The notes under the pieces were generated by a model, which had not been told where the DNA came from, searched no databases, and was given only the letters and a program-made list of their open reading frames with translations. Of a stretch of DNA of 40,808 bases, positions 36,514 to 40,808 are shown one piece after another (the first letter of the stretch is position 1; each line of letters begins with the position of its first letter). The translations under genes and the position numbers were made by a program. This DNA comes from a virus (lineage: Duplodnaviria > Caudoviricetes): the IMG/VR virus record IMGVR_UViG_3300049739_000204, positions 1 to 40,808 of that record; one strand, given 5' to 3'.

Positions 36514-36531
36514 CTACAGCAATAATAACAG

Positions 36532-36553
36532 CCCCGCTTCGGCGGGGTTTTTT
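36532..36553 (+). terminator. Rho-independent terminator, copy 2 (identical 22 bp)
   Basis: CCCCGC-TTCG-GCGGGG-T6. Confidence 0.92.
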
Positions 36554-36677
36554 ATGCCCGGTGATTATGCGCCTTATAACCTAATAGCATTAGAAGGACA
36601 CAACTTATAACCTTATAATGCACCCCTCGATTGACCCCCTCACAACCTTATAACTTTTGCGGAGAATAGACCAACTC

Positions 36678-36833
36678 ATGGTTTACTGGTGCGGCTTTGT
36701 GCTGTTTATGCTAATCACTATCGGAATGGATGATTTACCTCGTCCACTCAGTCAACGTATGCCTGACTCACAGGATAAGCCCAAACTCACAGGATACTCA
36801 CAGGATAAATCGAAGTATCCTGTGAGTCGCTAG
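36678..36833 (+). CDS. Possible 51-aa peptide with hydrophobic N-terminus, running into the iterons
   Basis: MVYWCGFVLFMLITIGMDD...; GGAG 13 nt upstream. Confidence 0.35.
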   Translation: MVYWCGFVLFMLITIGMDDLPRPLSQRMPDSQDKPKLTGYSQDKSKYPVSR

Positions 36834-37078
36834 ACCGCATACCTATCAGCTTTTAGGGTCAAACTCACAGGCTCACAGGTTATTTTCTAATTCATAAGGA
36901 AATATATATATATAAGCCTATAAGGCTATAAAGACTCATAAAAAGAATTTCTACCAAACATGGCAAAATAACCTGTGATCCTGTGAGTTTCACGCTAAGT
37001 CATTGATATCATTGAATAAAAGACTCACAGGATACCTTTTTCGATCCTGTGAGTGCCTGTGAGTCGTCAACCTGTGAG
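36766..37078. repeat. Symmetric iteron array around AT-rich core, probable replication origin
   Basis: 12 copies of (AC)TCACAGG mirrored about ~36925, with a 78-bp AT-rich centre. Confidence 0.8.
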
Positions 37079-37085
37079 AGGATAC

Positions 37086-37114
37086 ACAACTAACTGTTGA
37101 AATTGTTGTATAAT
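37086..37114 (+). promoter_or_regulatory. Operator-like palindrome and -10 box upstream of terminase small subunit
   Basis: ACAAC-N5-GTTGA 37086-100; TATAAT 37109-14. Confidence 0.55.
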
Positions 37115-37147
37115 CGGCATCATTCACCTGTCATTGGGAGACATACA

Positions 37148-37528
37148 TTGGGTAATAAGATTGATATTGATTATGACAAGCTCTACCAACTGGCTGAGAT
37201 GGGCCTGTCAGAGGCACAGATCGCCACATCTATGGGTATATCCGAGTCAACCATAGCTCGACGCAAGCGCGACGACGACAGGTTTGACAGCACCCTAAAG
37301 GCTGGAAAACAGGCGGGCATCACCGAGGTCACCAACGCCCTGTTCCAATCCGCAACGGGCGAGAAGCCCAACACCTCAGCGCAGATCTTCTTCCTCAAGA
37401 ACCGTGCGGGCTGGCGGGATAAAAGCGAGGTGGACTCCAACGTGTCAGGCACTGTGGTTGTAGACCACGATGTAGAGTCTGCACTGCAAAGCCTCAAGGA
37501 TGCGGGCATTGACCCGGCTAAATTATGA
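37148..37528 (+). CDS. terS: Terminase small subunit
   Basis: HTH 'GLSEAQIATSMGISESTI', 'AQIFFLKNRAGWRDK'; TTG start with GGGAG SD. Confidence 0.85.
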   Translation: MGNKIDIDYDKLYQLAEMGLSEAQIATSMGISESTIARRKRDDDRFDSTLKAGKQAGITEVTNALFQSATGEKPNTSAQIFFLKNRAGWRDKSEVDSNVSGTVVVDHDVESALQSLKDAGIDPAKL

Positions 37529-37731
37529 TGCGTCCCATACCTGTTCGGACAGATATCCCTTATAAATCAATGACTTACGTTGCTTGGGGTACAATTAGTT
37601 ACTTTTGTGGCTGGTTTTTGTCGGTTCCGGGCCGCCTCAGATCCAAATTTTCAAAGCTCTTCGCAAAATCCAAGTACCTCTGTGGGGCGCTACGCCCCCT
37701 CATATCTCAGTACATATAGGGCGGCTTTATT

Positions 37732-39222
37732 TTGACAGAAAACAGTTCAAAAAAAACGGTTCGCAAAAAGAGTAGTCCGCAAATAAGCGAGGCCCAAAAA
37801 AATAAGGCGCAAAAAATAGCGGAAGCCATGCGCGTGGTAAAGGCGCACAAAGCTCAAAACCGTCTACAGTATTTCGAACCTTACGATTGGCAGAAAGATT
37901 TCTACGCCGCTGGCTCAGATAACAAGCAGAGAATGCTCATGGCCGCAAACCGTGTAGGCAAAACTGCTTCACAAGCCGCAGAAGTTGCATTCCACCTCAC
38001 AGGCTTATATCCAGACTGGTGGGAAGGCATTCGGTTTAACAGACCTACAAAGATATGGTGTTTGGGGGTGTCGGGTGAGCAGTTGAGAGACGTAATCGTC
38101 AAGGAATTGATGGGTATGTACCTTGGCGATGGCAAGTTCGACGGGTCTGGCCTCATACCGCAAAAGCTAATATTTCAAGTTACCCCCGCAATGGGAACGC
38201 CACGGCTACCAAGAGACGTAGCTGTGCGCCATGCCGCCGGTAACACTAGCCTTGTGAGCTTTAAATCTTACACACAGGGACAGCACGTCCTGATGGGTAG
38301 CTCGCAAGACTATATCTGGATCGACGAGGAGCCGACCGACCCCACAATATACCCACAATGTCTAACGCGAACAGCGACCGGTAATGATGGAAAGGGCGGC
38401 TACCTCGTTGGTACTTTGACTCCGGAGAATGGGATGACCGAACTGGTAACACAGTTTATGGACAACCCATCACAGGGTCAGTACCTGAAAAATGTGACGT
38501 GGGATGACGCGCCGCATATCACAAAAGAAACCAAAGAGCAGTTGTTAGAGGCGATACCTGAATACCAGCGCGATATGCGCTCGAAAGGTATTCCGGTGTT
38601 GGGTGAGGGGATGGTGTTCCCCATAGCCGAAGAGGCTATCAAGTGTGATCCGTTTGAGATCCCGGCGCATTACAGGAAATTGTGCGCTGTCGACTTCGGT
38701 ATTACGCACCCCACAACCTGTGTCTGGACAGCCTATGACCCGGACAGTGACGTCATATATGTGTATGACGCCTATAAGAAGGAGGGCGAGGTTCCTGCTG
38801 TACACGCAACTGTTATTAAGAGCCGAGGCAAGACTATTCCGTGCATATACCCACACGACGGTGATAACACTGAAAAGGGTAGCGGCAAGACCTTGGCTGA
38901 GATGTATTTAGAGGCTGGCGTGTTAATGATCGGCAGATTTACTAACCCAGACGGCACTAACTATGTAGAGCCAGCGCTTATGGAGATGCTGGAGCGGTTC
39001 AGAACTGGACGCCTTAGAGTGTTCAGCAATTTGGTTCCGTGGTTTGAAGAGTTCCGGAGATACCACCGGAAGAAAGGGAAGATTCATAAGGAGTTCGATG
39101 ACCTTATGGACGCAACACGATACTCGGCAATCAGCGTTACACGTTTTGGACAGAATCAGGCAGAGCGTGAGCAATTAACCAACGGACAATCAGGATACCA
39201 ATCAAATGAATATTCTTACTGA
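37732..39222 (+). CDS. terL: Terminase large subunit
   Basis: 'AANRVGKT', 'WIDEEP', 'VDFG..HPT', 'DDLMDATRY'. Confidence 0.95.
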   Translation: MTENSSKKTVRKKSSPQISEAQKNKAQKIAEAMRVVKAHKAQNRLQYFEPYDWQKDFYAAGSDNKQRMLMAANRVGKTASQAAEVAFHLTGLYPDWWEGIRFNRPTKIWCLGVSGEQLRDVIVKELMGMYLGDGKFDGSGLIPQKLIFQVTPAMGTPRLPRDVAVRHAAGNTSLVSFKSYTQGQHVLMGSSQDYIWIDEEPTDPTIYPQCLTRTATGNDGKGGYLVGTLTPENGMTELVTQFMDNPSQGQYLKNVTWDDAPHITKETKEQLLEAIPEYQRDMRSKGIPVLGEGMVFPIAEEAIKCDPFEIPAHYRKLCAVDFGITHPTTCVWTAYDPDSDVIYVYDAYKKEGEVPAVHATVIKSRGKTIPCIYPHDGDNTEKGSGKTLAEMYLEAGVLMIGRFTNPDGTNYVEPALMEMLERFRTGRLRVFSNLVPWFEEFRRYHRKKGKIHKEFDDLMDATRYSAISVTRFGQNQAEREQLTNGQSGYQSNEYSY

Positions 39223-40808
39223 TATAGATGAGGGCGAACTACTCGCATCATTAGAAAACTCGATTAACGCCGCTGACTCTTACAGTGAGAGTAACATTGG
39301 TGAGCAACGTGATAAGGGTTATCGCTACTATTACGGTCAGCCACTAGGCAATGAGCGCTCTGGTCGTAGCCAGCACGTCTCAATGGACGTCTTCGACGCA
39401 GTTGAGTCAGTGAAAAGCTTATTAATGGAGACGTTTAGCGCTGACCGCAACGTGTGTAGGTTCGACCCGCAAACCGCAGAGGACGTACTGGCGGCTAAAT
39501 CAGCGACAGCGCTCGCGAACTTTATATTTTACCGTGAAAACAAGGGTACTAAGGTGCTACATGACGTGATCCACGATGCGTTGGTAGCAAAAACCGGTAT
39601 CGTTAAGCGTTATTACAAAAAATATTACGAGTATGACGAGGAGACGTTTGAAGGTATTGATGAGGCCAGCTTTAACGCCATCGCCTCAGACCCGAATGTC
39701 ACTGTCACCGAGTATGCTGAAGAGTTCACAGCCGCAACTGTTCAAGACCCACAAACCGGACAGGTCGTTGAGGTGCAACAGGCTACTTATAGTGGTGAGA
39801 TCCTTCGCAAAATTGATAAATCTAAGGTGTGTATTGAAAACATTGCACCTGAAGACTTTTTAATCACCCCCCGTGCGACTGATGAAGAAGATGCAGACTT
39901 TTGTTCGCACCGCACAAGCCGCACACGCGGTGAGCTGTTAAGTGAAGGGTATTCTGAAGAGCTTGTAAGCCGATTAGATGAAGAGCGTGACATCTACCAC
40001 AACGGTAGCTTAGGTCGCGACGCGCACGACGGTTATTCAACCGATAACCACAGCGAGCATGACCGTGACCGTGAGTATGTGACTATTTATGAGTCGTATA
40101 TGAAGAAGCACCGCTCAGACCTCAATAAGTGTGTGGTTTTGAAGGTACTTCACAGCCGCAGAGTTATTCTGGACATGGAGATCGTGTCTGAGAAGCCGTT
40201 TAGGTACTTTACACCGTTCCCCATACCTCACAAGTTCCACGGTATGAGCCTTGCGGACATATTGTTCGATATCCAGAAGACACAGTCGAGCTTAAAGCGT
40301 GGCGTTGTAGATCACACGTTTATGACTAACACCTCACGCTTCATAGCTAACCTGTCGCTAGTTAAAAACCCACGAGACTTGTTAGACAACAAGGTAGGCG
40401 CTGTGATCGACGTTAACAGCCCCAACCCGGAGAATGTTGTACGTCCAATGCCGATGCCTAACCTCTCAGGCACAGTCTTCCAAGCGATTGAGAACTTAGA
40501 AACTGAGAAAGAAGCGCGTAGCGGTATGAGCCGTATGGCTCGCGGTATGGACAGCACCGTTGTCAGCAAGCAAAACAGTTCTGACCTTATAACCCAGTTT
40601 ATGAACGCCAGTAACCGTCGAGTGATGGTCATGGCCCGTAATCTGGCTGAGAATTTTTTAAAACCTCTTATGCACGACATTTACAAGCTGTCAGTTGAGA
40701 ACGAGAGTCAGGAAAAGCTTATTCAGTTAGATGGCCAGTTTGTACCTGTGAATCCACAGTTCTTAGGCGACAGGACTGAGATGTCTGTAGCAGTAGCTTT
40801 GACACCTG
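39206..40808 (+). CDS. Portal protein, N-terminal part (full length about 697 aa, ending at 640); missing from ORF track because it has no stop in the window
   Basis: MNILTDIDEGELL...YYYGQPLGNERSGRSQHVSMDVFDAVE...HDALVAKTGIVK; in frame with ORF 11-640. Confidence 0.92.
   Translation, partial: MNILTDIDEGELLASLENSINAADSYSESNIGEQRDKGYRYYYGQPLGNERSGRSQHVSMDVFDAVESVKSLLMETFSADRNVCRFDPQTAEDVLAAKSATALANFIFYRENKGTKVLHDVIHDALVAKTGIVKRYYKKYYEYDEETFEGIDEASFNAIASDPNVTVTEYAEEFTAATVQDPQTGQVVEVQQATYSGEILRKIDKSKVCIENIAPEDFLITPRATDEEDADFCSHRTSRTRGELLSEGYSEELVSRLDEERDIYHNGSLGRDAHDGYSTDNHSEHDRDREYVTIYESYMKKHRSDLNKCVVLKVLHSRRVILDMEIVSEKPFRYFTPFPIPHKFHGMSLADILFDIQKTQSSLKRGVVDHTFMTNTSRFIANLSLVKNPRDLLDNKVGAVIDVNSPNPENVVRPMPMPNLSGTVFQAIENLETEKEARSGMSRMARGMDSTVVSKQNSSDLITQFMNASNRRVMVMARNLAENFLKPLMHDIYKLSVENESQEKLIQLDGQFVPVNPQFLGDRTEMSVAVALTP
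40660..40808. repeat. Terminal direct repeat (assembly overlap), copy 2
   Basis: Matches 1-149 with one mismatch. Confidence 0.95.

Noticed and set aside
36766-37078. CRISPR-like mini-array
   Set aside because: Repeats are only 7-12 bp, occur in both orientations and have irregular spacing; iterons fit better
37525-37719. 64-aa ORF between terS and terL
   Set aside because: No SD or recognisable motif; overlaps IHF site and hairpin, so more likely non-coding, though its start overlaps the terS stop
1-40808. tRNA genes or stop-codon reassignment
   Set aside because: No cloverleaf noticed in intergenic regions; core genes are intact under the standard code

Overview
The window is an apparently complete, circularly assembled genome (about 40,659 bp plus a 149-bp terminal overlap) of a temperate, podovirus-like tailed phage, probably of a proteobacterial host (IHF sites, sigma70 promoters, dusA-type attP); a marine origin is my impression from gene content only. 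Plus strand: terminase small/large, portal (wrapping across the window ends), scaffold, major capsid, adaptor, tail fibres, three exported/membrane proteins, a PD-(D/E)XK nuclease, M15 endolysin/holins, tail proteins, ejection proteins, a 743-aa tandem ART-like protein, small acidic proteins, attP and a tyrosine integrase. Minus strand: DUF2800 nuclease, DUF2815 SSB, family A DNA polymerase, VRR-NUC, SNF2 helicase, HTH regulator, Xis-like protein, DUF3310. A divergent switch leads to a Cro-like gene, a primase-helicase, a terminator-bounded two-gene cassette and a symmetric iteron array (likely ori). The most notable observations are: the tandem ART-like protein with internal signal-peptidase-like linkers, a genome-wide TCAAC-N5-GTTGA operator set, an attP supplying a replacement dusA N-terminus, an H-type pseudoknot beside attP, a VRR-NUC gene lacking a canonical start codon, and the three-gene exported-protein module. 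All family assignments come from motif recognition by eye; no database search was run.
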